A stretch of DNA of 64,000 bases from Octopus sinensis (taxonomy: Eukaryota): assembly GCF_006345805.1 (NCBI RefSeq), contig NC_043004.1:85374001-85438000 (forward strand), read 5' to 3'. Positions within the stretch are counted from its first letter, which is position 1, and each line of letters begins with the position of its first letter. The notes under the pieces are model-generated. The model worked only from the letters and a program-made list of their open reading frames with translations. It was not told the origin of the DNA and made no database searches. The translations under genes were made by a program, and so were the position numbers. Of this stretch, positions 52,023-64,000 are shown piece by piece.

Positions 52023-52459
52023 GGATCTTTTCGGTTTGAACGGCAGTTTTTTAAAATAATTTCCACGTAACTAAACACTTTTAAACTTCGTATACTGGTA
52101 GAATGTGTTAATAAAACATCTTTTCTCTTGGCTTTATTGAGAAAATTCTATAGTTTGTAAGATATTTGTTGTTGTTTTTTTTCAATTTCTGCAATTCCAA
52201 CCAATCAATGACGTCTATTGAGGTAAAAAAACATTCTGTGCCGTATGAATATGTCCCTCGTTTAAGAAACAGATTGGGTTTATTTACATTTGTGAAGAAT
52301 AAAAGACACCCTTCCCCCCAGCCCTAACCCTAACCCTAACTAACTCTAACTAACCCTAAAACAGATTGAAATGCAATAGATCGATACTAGGGTCATAATT
52401 ATGGTTGACAATTTCATATGACACCGCTAGAAAAACTGCCGTTCAAATCGAAAATATCC
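52023..52459. mobile_element. MITE (437 bp) with 29-bp TIRs and 8-bp TSD GGTGTTGT
   Basis: GGATCTTTTCGGTTTGAACGGCAGTTTTT vs AAAAACTGCCGTTCAAATCGAAAATATCC (2 mismatches); GGTGTTGT at 52015-52022 and 52460-52467. Confidence 0.92.
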
Positions 52460-54308
52460 GGTGTTGTTCGGAAGGGGTCAAATGTATTGATGTAAGTCAA
52501 TAAATTAGAAAAAGATATGTTGTGACGTAATAGATACAAAACATGAGGGAGTTATGTAATTTAAAAGGAGAGAAACACGTTACCGACATTATGTGTGAAT
52601 TTATGTGTGTATGGAATTATGTTGCGTTTGCGTAACGGCGTACGTGTTGAACCGGTGTGGAGGCAGCGAGTCGCGCATTAGTACTTGCATAAAACAGGCA
52701 TAGTTTATGGGATGCACGCGTGGATGTAGATGTAGAAAAGCGGTTGAGATATACAGCCCGCGCGTGATGAATGCTCATGTCTCATTGGGCTTAAACTAGT
52801 AGTTCCATATACTTATCCGTTTCCATATACTTATCCTGTTAAGAGGTTCTGACGTGGACTTCGAAGGATCCTAAATTCTCAGATATTTTCTCGTTATTTT
52901 CACCTTGGGACAAAACTTTTTGTGATATTCAAGTTTAAAACTGAATTCGTTCAAAAGCTAAGGTATCGCAAATAAAATTATAAGAGTGAAAAACAGAAGT
53001 AGCCATGACAAAAAGCCGATTTGCACATATTTCTGGATTTTGCAATTAATAGCATATCGTCAGGTGAAAATGAAAGAGATTAAGGACCCGGTATCTTTCG
53101 CATTTCCTCCCAAAATATAGAAATATAAATTAAAATGGAAACTATGTTTTTCACTCCCATTACGTTTGTTTCACTTATATTTTAATTTATATTGTATTAT
53201 CTTATGAACACTTTCTGATCTATCATTATTTTACTTCATACTTTAGGCGGCAAGTTATATTTGTACCGCTGAATTCGTTGTGAAACACATAATGTTAGAA
53301 ATTTATGTAATGATGTTAAGCAATTAACTATAATATGTAATTACATAAATTCGCGTAATTGCAAGAAAGTTAAAATCTAGCAATATAGTGTGAGTAAAGA
53401 TCTGTCACCCTCTTAAACATGAAAGAATTATGAATTAAAATTATGATTTTGTTTATTATTCGTGTTTTGAATAAATTATTTACTTCTTTCATACAGCCGA
53501 AGTTAATTTTTTCAGTGAGATATATCGCTATGATTAATGACACGTGTTTCGGTAACCTTACGCATTCCTTATTCACTCACGTTTCACCGCATTTCTACGT
53601 CTCGACAAATTTCATACATTTTAAATTACTCAAGACACGACTAAAGTCATGACGATTAAAAAGAATTTAACTGGATGCAACAGAAGATTGCGCAGTCGAA
53701 AAACGATAGGCTAATGAAGCTGTGTAAAAAGAGCAGCCATTCACTGCATGATTCAAAATAGAGTTTTTCGTAAATGTATACAATAAATGTTTATTTATTG
53801 AAGAATACAGCGACAGATTTCAAGATACTTACATGGATAAAAATTACACTAGGATATGAATTACTACACTGTTTAGTTCAAGAATAACATGAATAAATTT
53901 AACTCTTTTTAACAAAGTAAAGTAATGTCTGTAGTCGTTTGAACACATCATGAAACGGAAGCTTAGAAAATCACGTTAATCATACCAAATTAAATAAATG
54001 TTCAATTTTATGCTAAATTTCAACATTTTCTTTTTATTACTCACAGCCGAAAAATGTATTTCATGTGATTAACAGGCATTGATGTTTTATTTGCATATAC
54101 AATTAACTAAAATTCTATTTAGATCTTATGCTAAAGCCGCTGGTGCTTCCGAAGTTATATATTAAACCGAATTATGTAAATTATCTACTTGGTAATTAAC
54201 TGTGATGGACTGTATATAAAGAGTTTAGACTGGTTTAACAGACAATTTATATTTTTTTCTTTCTATTTCGTAAATATATACACACAAGTACACAGACAAA
54301 TATATATA

Positions 54309-54340
<32 letters not shown>

Positions 54341-54482
54341 GCATATTTATATACACGCATACATAAAATCGTACATACACAGAGAGATACAAGCATATAT
54401 GTCTTCAGACATAAAGATAAGTATTTGAATGTACATTGGCATCCAAGCACGAAATACGTACAAGCATATAAATATATATCTT

Positions 54483-54898
54483 AAGGTGGCGAGCTGGCAG
54501 AATCGTTAACACGCCGGGCGAAATGCTTAGCGGTATTTCGTCTTTCGTCTGCCGTTACGTTCTGAGTTCAAATTCCGCCGAGGTCGACTTTGCCTTTTAT
54601 CCTTTCAGGGTCGATAAATTAAGTACCAGTTAGGCACTGGGGTCGATGTAATTGACTTAATCCGTTTGTCTGTCCTTGTTTGTCCCTTCTGTGTTTTGCC
54701 CCTTGTGGGTAGTAAAGAAATAGGTATTTCGTCAGCCGCTTCGATCTGAGATCAAATTCCGCCGAGGTTGACTTTGCCTTTCATCACTTTTGGGGTCGAT
54801 TAAATAAATACCAGTTGCGTACTGGGCTCGATGTAATCGACTTAATCCGTTTGTTTGTCTTTGTTCCTTCTATATTTAGTCCACTGTCGGCAATAAAG
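54483..54898 (+). mobile_element. Family B SINE plus tandem partial second copy (from ~54723)
   Basis: A-box-like tggcagaatcg, B-box gagttcaaattcc; the core aaattccgccgaggt.gactttgcc occurs twice. Confidence 0.85.
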
Positions 54899-55183
54899 AA
54901 ATATATATATGCATATGCTTTTGCACACACACCCACATAAATTCATGCACGCGCGCAAGCCACAATACAAACACACGCGTGTGGATACACATACATAAGT
55001 ATATCGTATACTTATATTTTCATTATTGATCTATAGACTGCCAATTATATGTTTTCAATTATTTCACCATCATTTATATTTCTTACAGGCATTTATAGAG
55101 ACAGCACTTATTAGAGCTGTGTTGTACGTTGTCGTCTTATATTGATTAAGACTATGCATTGTGAACCAGAGACAGTCGACTGG

Positions 55184-55229
<46 letters not shown>

Positions 55230-55818
55230 TTGTAATATGTTGATAACTCAAAGTTCTCCCTGAATGTCAGTGGATTTTTAAACTGCAATTCTTTGACTTG
55301 ACTGTACCTACCCAGGGGAAAACAGTCCAGAAACTATCAACCATGCCGGGACCATTGTTCAAGTATAGAAATCAGTGTAGAAAATATCTGCTGATTCTAA
55401 TGGGAGCTGACCACGCATAAATTAAATGAATATACGCATTCCAAACAGGAGTAAACCAGTATAATGATGTGTATAACTTTTGTAACATCTATATAAATAA
55501 ATGCGTTGCCGGAATAATTTTTCCAAATATCACATAGTGATATATTTGAAGTCTATCCAGCTTCGAAAAACATCAGCGGGGCTTGTTTTCTGATCAAGTG
55601 TACAATATCCGATTAGTGCGTCGCGTCACTGAGAAGGGTAAATCAGGTTGAAACGTTGGTGTTTGACGATCCTCTGAGGCCCTTCTAAGGCATTGTTATT
55701 CCTTTAACGTTTAAAGTTGCTTAAGAGGATTTACAGCCGACGCTGCTCTACATTTGAACAAGCATGATGAGGGTATACAAACTCTTTTTATCTGATGCTC
55801 CTTCACGTGTGTGTATGC

Positions 55819-55889
<71 letters not shown>

Positions 55890-56617
55890 CAGAGTGACAG
55901 AGAGAGGGAGAGTGTGAGTCTTTGTTAGCTCTTATAGTCCTTTCAAACATTTTATGAATTTATTCTGTTTCCGCTACTAAATCAATATCTTTGCTTGTTC
56001 ATAATAATCTGTCATATACATTTAAAATATTTTTCCTTTGCCTATATTTCCTCGTTAAAGTACATATCTTATCTTTTATGTTGATTTACCGCAGAATATG
56101 TTAAACCAATCTACATGAGATGAAAGCAGCCATGTTTATGCCACAATCATAGTATAGAAAGTAGATACTGTTGGATGAGATCAGTCTACCATTTTAGAAA
56201 TAACATCAAAGTTACATCAGATCACTCACATCCTACCGTCAGAAACTATTTCAACATATTGCCTTCTAAATTTACAGAAAGACATCCTAGTTAAACAAGA
56301 CTTGTTAAATACGAACAATTGTGATGACAGCAACTACATCTGTATATCGAAAGAGGTGGTTTGAATATTAATTTCACAAACATGGCTCTAGTTTTCCTCC
56401 TTATCAACAGATCAGAAAACCTTTAGATCAAAAACATTCTTAACATGTGATTCCATATTTTTGGTTCTACGTAATATATATACTACGACATTATCTTGCA
56501 CGTCATTTTATTTGTAATGTAGCTAGAGCCTACTTTACATTTTATCGTTGCTTTACGGAGGCAAATGAACCCGTTGCTGGGTAAATCGTAATGATATAAT
56601 CCCCAATGCTATGTGAA

Positions 56618-56950
56618 GGCGCATGGCTCAGTGGTTAGAGCGTCGAGCTTACGATCATGAGGTTGTGAGCTCGAATCCTGGACCGGGCTGCGTGTTGTGT
56701 TCTTGAGCAAAACACTTTATTTCACGTTGCTCTAGTTCACTCAGCTGTAGAAATGAGTTGCGACGTCACTGGTGCCAAGCTGTATTGACCCCTTTGCCTT
56801 TCCTTTGGATAACACTGGTGGCGTGGAGAGAGGAGGCCGGTATGCATGGGCGACTGCTGGTCTTCCATAAACAACCTTCCCTAGAATTGTGACTGGGAGG
56901 GTAACTTTCTAGGTGCAAGCCCATGGTCAGTGTCATGACCGAAGGCGGTC
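56618..56950 (+). mobile_element. tRNA-derived SINE (family D)
   Basis: A-box TGGCTCAGTGG (56624), B-box GCTCGAATCC (56669), central gtgttcttgagcaaaacactt block. Confidence 0.75.
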
Positions 56951-58217
56951 ACACATGTATAGCTTCACAGATTATTTGATTTGTTTATTGTGATCATTTA
57001 TTATTGATAGATTCATCTACGTAAATTATTTCCACGGTGCATTCACATAACAAACTATTATACAGCATCGTGTTAATTACCTGCAAGAAAGAAATAACAA
57101 TTTATGCAACAAACCCTGAGTAGTAGTCTATGGCAACAAACTGTTGTAGTCTAACAATTCCTTTGAGAGTCTTAACGTCGCTTTTATTAACTTCGTGCAA
57201 GCAGTAATCATATTCCATGGCCATATAGAATAATTTAATCAGGTATTAATTTAATTGGTCGGTTAATATATCGTGTCTGTCCAATTATGTTCAACGTTTA
57301 TTTAATTTATCAGTTCTTATTGTCCATGTTTGTTAGGTAAAGCTTTGATTTCCACATTAAATGTTACTTCGACAATTACCGCGTACACTCGAGATATTAT
57401 AATGCCTTAGAGTCGTACGTGAAATACAGTCTACCTCAAGAGCTTTATTCCATTAATTTAAGAGATAACATTTAACACTATTCCAACAAATATAGTACAC
57501 TTCTTCGCTTAATTCATGTACGTTTAACACGATAAATGAACAGAAACTAACACCACCGACTGACATTCTATAAATGCCGGTCACATCTTCTTCTAAGCCC
57601 ATATTAGCATCTTGAAAAGAAAAACATCATATAGAATATTTTTAAAAATCGTACACTTGTGCACGCAGTTTTAAATGTAAAAAGTGTGTCATCTTCAATA
57701 GAATTTCTCAATTTGTCGTAAATGTATATTTTAGCTAACATTCTAATTGCCAGCATCAGTACCCGGTACGCATTTAAGATATGGTACGGTAGGGTAGGGT
57801 ATTGAGATATTTCAAACGAAGCGGGTGGTCGATGCGGAAGGAGAGATGTGGCTAAAGGGAGTCGATGCAGGACGGATATTAGCAAAAGGGAGTCTATGCA
57901 GGACGAACATTAGCTACAGGGTGCCGACTGTCGAAAACGTGTGGTGAATCCTGATATAGACGAAGTAATTTTATGATAGCGCTGTGTAAGAGAATATTGA
58001 AGGCAGAAATTATTCGTGATAAATGTCTACTCTGTCATAAACTATCTGTCACTAGAATACAACAGTATCAGCTATGAAGACAAATATGATATCCGTCGCC
58101 GGCCATAAAAGGTTAAAATAGTCATAATTTGTACGACTTTGAATTGATTACACTTGAATATCCTCAGATATCAACATAAATATTACTTAACATTTACTGA
58201 TATAGAGTTCTCACTAT

Positions 58218-58249
<32 letters not shown>

Positions 58250-58656
58250 ATATATATACATATATATATACATATATATATATACATATATATATATGTA
58301 TATATATATATATACACACATACATATACACATATATATACACATATACATATATATATATATATATTTATTTATATATATAAATATATATATACAGATT
58401 TTCCTGTACAAGTGGGACACGAACACTTCGCGTAAACAAAAAGGTGTGAGTCCGATTCCCATACGTATGGGGAAACATTTTGTTCTGTCGAGATCTTATA
58501 TGCCTATCATTAGACTATTTTCTTTAGTCATAGCACAGTGGTCGCTATAAGTTTAAAGTTTATAAAACTCTATTATTATTATTTACAGAATACATACCAA
58601 CATACATATAGTTAGATATATATATATATATAGAGAGAGAGATATATAGATATATA

Positions 58657-58687
<31 letters not shown>

Positions 58688-58799
58688 GTAGGTAGCTATG
58701 AAGATACATAGATAGATAGATAGATATATAGATAGATAGATAGATAGATATACATATATGTATATATGTATATGTGTATACATTTGTGTATACATTTGT

Positions 58800-58978
58800 G
58801 TGGGGGGTTCCCCGCCATTGCTTGACAACCGATGTTGGTGACTTAGAGGTTCGGCAAAAGTGTATTCTAGAATAAGTACAAGGCTTACAAAGAATAAGGC
58901 TTGGATTGATAAAGTTGACTAAAGACGGTGCTCCATCATGACCGTAGTCAAATGAGTGGAACTCGTAAAAGAACAAAA
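58800..58978 (+). mobile_element. Family A SINE, 3' half
   Basis: cattgcttgacaaccgatgttggtg...agaataagtacaaggcttacaaagaataag...cggtgctccatcatgaccgtagtcaaatga. Confidence 0.75.
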
Positions 58979-61420
58979 GAACACAATCATATATAAATGT
59001 GTGCAAGTGGCTATGCCCTCACATATAGAAGTTTCCCGAAGAGCTAGGTTTCTGCAAAAGGTTCCACGAGAAAGAGTGAGATAAGCTAATGCTATTTTCA
59101 TGATAGTAATATTACTAACATGCTCAAAATGTTCTTGGTTGTTGTAATATTGTAATATAGATATCATCCTATCTAACCTATTATTCTATCAAAAAATATA
59201 ACAAACATCTATAATACATTACAAGTTGGTTTCAATCTTGCTTGCAATGTTACTCAACGAAACAGGCGCATAATGGGAATATACTATGAATTAAGTTTAC
59301 CCTCAAATATTAATACGAATACGAATCGTAAATCTCTAAAGTATTTAGCAAGATATTAGAGATATTCAGGGTATAAATAACTGTACTGGTTATATATAGC
59401 CAGTAGAAGGTATTGATATGGCTACGAGTACATTACTACAAGAGTCCATATAGAGATGAAGAATAAATTCAAGAACAATGTATTTACTACATAAAAATAT
59501 ATTTTATTTCCTAGTCGATGATGATACATAGAATCAAAATGCAGAATCTAGTTGAATGAAGTAATCTATGCAAGAAAGTTCAGAGATAGGAAATATAGAT
59601 ATAACAGCTAAGTGGTGGTTTTTCAATCATGTGGCATAGAGAAATAGACGGACATAGCAATGACGTGAATGGCGCTAAGTCTAATCGAGTAAGAATCGAA
59701 GAGCAGGATTAGCAAGCTGTTTTTCTTAATGGAACGCTAGGCATTCTAGAAACTTCCATGAGATAGCCTAAGCTTTTGGAATAATTAACAATCGCGTCTC
59801 ATGATACAGAGGCTTCGAGAAATTTAGAAAGGGAGACTATGCTATAATCTTTCTTGCAAGGGGGATCATTCAAGTATCTAGCTACCGCTACATACACAAA
59901 ACGGTGCATAATGGGAAATGTTCCAAATATAATCTTCAACTTGAAAGGGAAGACACTCTTATCTTTCTGTTAGACAGTCAGTTGACAATGAAAAATAAAC
60001 GATGATTTTTTTTTTCACAATTTCTATTTTCGCTTTTTTTAACCATAATATTGAAGACATTTACAAATATTTTTAAGTGAATGTCATTTGAAAAATGTAA
60101 GCTGTTTGTACAGTAAGTATGTATAATTTAGCTTTCTTTAAACAGACAATATTTTCATGTTTTTCAGAATAATTCCCAACTGAATATCATTACAAAAAGA
60201 TTGTTTTTGGCAAATTTACAAAATATTCTAAAATGAAAATTTCTTTAAAAATACTGTAGATATTTCGTAAAAAAAACTCGTTCGTAACCTCATTGTGAAA
60301 TAGCTTTTATCGAGTGCATACAAAGTATCCCCCGGTACTCCACAAAGATTTGCTTGTTATTTCTAGTAAACCCTGCTACCACGTAACAGCTATTTGCGAT
60401 AAATGACCCGAATTACATGTTATGTGGTTGCAGGGCGTGCAAATAATACTAGCCAAATCTTTCCAGCCCAAGGGTAGTCTAGTACATATATATAACAGGT
60501 GAACTACGGTGAAAGAAATATGAGAAATATAGGGTATATAATTTCTTTTTTGTGCAGAGGTTCCTTGAGACATGTAGTTTATTTTAAGGGTTACGCAAGA
60601 GTAGACAGGTTGAGGAGAGGCAACTTCAACTAATTTTTTATTTAGTTTTATTCTGCATGTTTTACATCAATTACCAGCTCTCTTACAATTTATCTCTCCC
60701 CTAATCACACTAGCAAATATGTGGACTTCAATTTAACTTAACAAGCAATCTGAAATATGTCGTCTAGAACCGTTTTTGTATCTGGTGTCATTTATTCAAG
60801 CTTTGATACTGGATTGTATATACTAATTTACTAAAAGCAAAATATGTGTCGAGAATTATTTAGGTCAATGCTATGATTCCAAATAACAATGATATCATAT
60901 GACGGCCGATTTTTGGTTCATAAAGCACAGGAAAATGTGAGCGTTAAAATTCCATAATTGCGAATCCTAAACTTCAATATTCACTCCCATTCTCCTGGCA
61001 TCTTATCTGCAATAATATTGATTACAATATTTTTCCGCATGGATAATTGTACTTCAAACATAACCATTTCAAAACGAATAAAACACAAATAATCAGATTT
61101 CCCCCCACCCCTTTCCTTCACCCCCACCCCCGCTCAGAGAAGAAATTATGTGTTATTAATCCTCCGATTAAATCTGCAAACGAAAGTGATTTATGTAGAA
61201 TTTTAATCATGTGTTAATATCAAAAGAACATGTTAGGAATATATTTAATACATTAATCTGTCTATTGAAGATTGTTCAATACATAAGGCTTACTCACAAA
61301 TACTATGCATATAATATGAACTGAATCATGAAATATACGCACAGCGTAAATTATTAACATGGCGAGTAATCTGTTTGTATTCGGCATGCATTAAAGTTTC
61401 CCTCTATCTCCCTATTTCTC

Positions 61421-61460
<40 letters not shown>

Positions 61461-61730
61461 GCACATGCTCTCTCGCTTTCAAGATATATATATATATATA
61501 TATGTATATATCCTTTTTACTTGTTTCAGTCATTTGACTGCGGGCATACTGGAGCGCCGACTTTAGTGCAGCAAATCGACCCCAGGACCTATTCTTTGTA
61601 AGCCTAGTACCCATTCTATCGGTCTGTTTTGCAGAACTGCTATGTTACGGGGACCTAAAACACCATCATCGGCTGTTATGCGATGTTGTGGGGGACAAAC
61701 ACAGACACACAAATATGTACATACACACAC

Positions 61731-61818
<88 letters not shown>

Positions 61819-61957
61819 ACGGGTTTCTTTGTGTTTCTGTCTATCAAATCCACTGAGAAGGCTCTGGTTGGCCCGAGGCAATAGTAGAAGTCATTTGCCC
61901 AAGGTGTCAAACTGTGGGACTAAACTCGGAACCATGTGGTTGGGAAGCAAGCTTCTT

Positions 61958-63936
61958 TATTTCATTATATTGACCATAAGGCCTTACACAGAGAAAGGAA
62001 GCTGTCGGATGGTCATAGACATAATGTTATATGAAATGAAAATGATGATTAATGGGTGGGAAAAGCGACGCCAGCCGATCGATTTTTCCTGAGAACATTG
62101 ATCTCTTGTATATTGTTCCTGGGGCAACAAACCTCACAATATTCAATAACAATATTCAATAACAATATTTAATAACAAAATGAGGCTCTAAGCCTCTTAC
62201 ATTTCTTTCCAATTTCGGAACTCTCAATAACACTGAGGCGTCACCCGGGTAAAAGTGATATTCCTCATTGAGTGCCTTCAGCCTACTCATCACGGGTAAC
62301 TTTATGACCTCCACAGCTATCTGCGGAGGCCATTCAGGATCCCTTGTGCAGGCTAAAGGTACTACTCCCTTATGGTGCTTTTCCACCACCTTTTCTACCA
62401 CTCCACCTCTTTAGAAGAAGACCAATAATTCGTCTTCCTCCGCGGGCGGGATAGTCAATTCTACCGTTGGCGGCACATTTCCAGACAACGGTGTCTCTTC
62501 CCCTGCCGGTGCCACAACCCATACCGACGAGGTTTCGGGACATTCCGGGACTATGTCACCGACTTCTGGCAATGTCCCGTTTCTCTTCCTCTTCCTCTTT
62601 TTTTTTTCTTTTCAACTGAAAAAGGGTACGTCTCCTTCGTGACAGGGATATTCGCCTACCCTCCCTCATCCGTAGGATCCTTCGGTGAGCAGCCATTGTT
62701 GCTCACCTTCTTTCTCTTGCGGCCCTTTTTAGAGGAGTCCTCCGCCTCCTCGTCTGCTTCCATTCCCTCGACCAACTGTTCCAGGCTTTTACTTTGTTCC
62801 TGGCGACCGTTTTTCTTTATATGGCCACGCTCCAGGCACCGATGACACCTGGGGGGGGGGGCAACCCTCAAGAATAACCTGGTACCTGCACTCGGCCATT
62901 TTCAAAAAAATCTGGGAAAGCGAGCTTCATGGCGGATTGTGTCCGCAGGGTCAAAAGAGATTTTGACCGAACTAAATCAGCCGCAGGAATAATTTTCACA
63001 TTGAGGAACTTGGTTTCGCTGCTACCCAAACCCCGCCGGATGGTCTCCCCTATTCACTCAAGTTTTATCCCGGGTGGCAAACCGCAGACCCAAGAACTTG
63101 TCAACCTCTCGCAACAATACGTGGGAAGAAACAAACTTTCTTTGCCCTCAACGGACTGGCTCGCAAATTTGCGAGCCTCCTCAGGAGTGTCAAATTGCAA
63201 CCACAACGTTGCGTATTTGAGGCCCCTGGAAATGAATTTAAGAGTTGGCAGATACTCCGCCAACTCCTTTTCCATTATAGTCTTTACAAATAGGGTGATG
63301 GCGTTGAGCGACTTGAAGTAAGTCCTGAACACCACCGTCCTTTCCTTACACGGTATTTCAACCACTGTTTGGGTGGTATAATTTCCCATTCCAAAACATT
63401 GCCATGTGTTTTTTTTTTATAATACTTCGAAAATAGTTCAAAATAGGAAGGAAGAAAAGGTAAACAATTCACGAAAAAGAAAGTCAATAGTTCAAAAACA
63501 GCAAAAATATCTTCCGGCCACTAGGTACTCCCGGCCAAGGCCGAACTCGGAACGCCACAAGCGGAACGCGACTTCCACATAAACTGGTATAGAAGTCGTT
63601 CAATCTTCCGAGGCAAAGACACTCCCCAAAATAGCAATTCTCACAATTATTTTAAAAATTCACTTAACGTGAAACACTATTTTGGAAGGTAAGCCCAAAA
63701 CAATAATTCTCACAAAAATATATTCATCCCCCTGCAGGCAGACTAGAGTTTAGAATCCAGTGAGGATTTCTTGCTTGTACAAAAATAATTAGGGCAAACA
63801 ACAAACCCCACTGGACCCCAAAAATAAAAGTTGTATTTACAGCTGAGCTTCAAATTTCTTCAATTCAAGACGGCTTCAAAAGCACGTCTTGATAGCTTCA
63901 GTGCCAAACGAAACACTAACTCGCACATGCGCAGTC
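61958..63936 (-). mobile_element. ORF1-only (HAL1-like) L1/Tx1-type retroelement, 1979 bp, 16-bp TSD
   Basis: GGGAAGCAAGCTTCTT at 61942-61957 and 63937-63952; internal gag/ORF1-like frame; no RT or endonuclease motif; 3' end ...ggtcaatataatgaaata. Confidence 0.8.
62156..63389 (-). pseudogene. ORF1p-like nucleic-acid-binding protein with CCHC zinc knuckle (disrupted)
   Basis: Segments ...TLWLQFDTPEEARKF...VCGLPPGIKLE (RRM-like ORF1 N-part), CHRCLERGHIKKNG (C-X2-C-X4-H-X4-[C>G]), acidic/basic low-complexity linker, C-terminal segment to 62156; internal TGA and frameshifts. Confidence 0.65.
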
Positions 63937-64000
63937 GGGAAGCAAGCTTCTTACCACACAGCCATGCCTGTTCCTATATATATCCGACAGGATTCTTTTA

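Larger units (their letters stand above)
61515..63975 (-). mobile_element. Family A SINE split by an insertion: head 63937-63975, body 61515-61957
   Basis: Minus strand ataggaacaggcatggctgtgtggtaagaagcttgcttccc | insert | aagaagcttgcttcccaaccacatggttccgag... reconstitutes one SINE. Confidence 0.88.

Noticed and set aside
27966-56690. tRNA genes at the A/B-box-containing heads (27966, 54483, 56618)
   Set aside because: They do not close a cloverleaf acceptor stem and continue into SINE bodies.
59200-59960. Possible additional decayed LINE 3' region
   Set aside because: Only vague motif echoes; no alignable peptide.

Overview
AT-rich, repeat-dense eukaryotic DNA with no confidently recognisable host protein-coding gene. 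The dense (TA)n/(CA)n/(TACA)n/(AAT)n/(GAA)n microsatellites and tRNA-derived SINEs look cephalopod (Octopus-like; inferred from repeat recognition, not a search). Most short ORFs in the track are microsatellite artefacts. Real coding signal is all transposon-derived. (1) A near-intact ~4 kb R4/Dong-clade RLE non-LTR retrotransposon in (TAA)n with one frameshift (35.4-39.3 kb). (2) An older R4/Dong-like copy (16.1-21.0 kb) split by a Chapaev3 DNA transposon with TTA TSD and flanked by an unusually long direct duplication. (3) A third RLE-LINE remnant, plus RTE, CR1/L2-type, Tc1 and mariner relics. (4) A 1,979-bp ORF1-only (zinc-knuckle, no RT/EN) retroelement inserted with a perfect 16-bp TSD into the tRNA head of a SINE (62.0-63.9 kb). 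Non-coding structures include minimal hammerhead-ribozyme-like motifs, a 293-bp-arm foldback, nested inverted repeats, a TSD-bearing MITE with telomere-like repeats, and a SINE/LINE shared 3' tail. Coordinates of degenerate elements are approximate.
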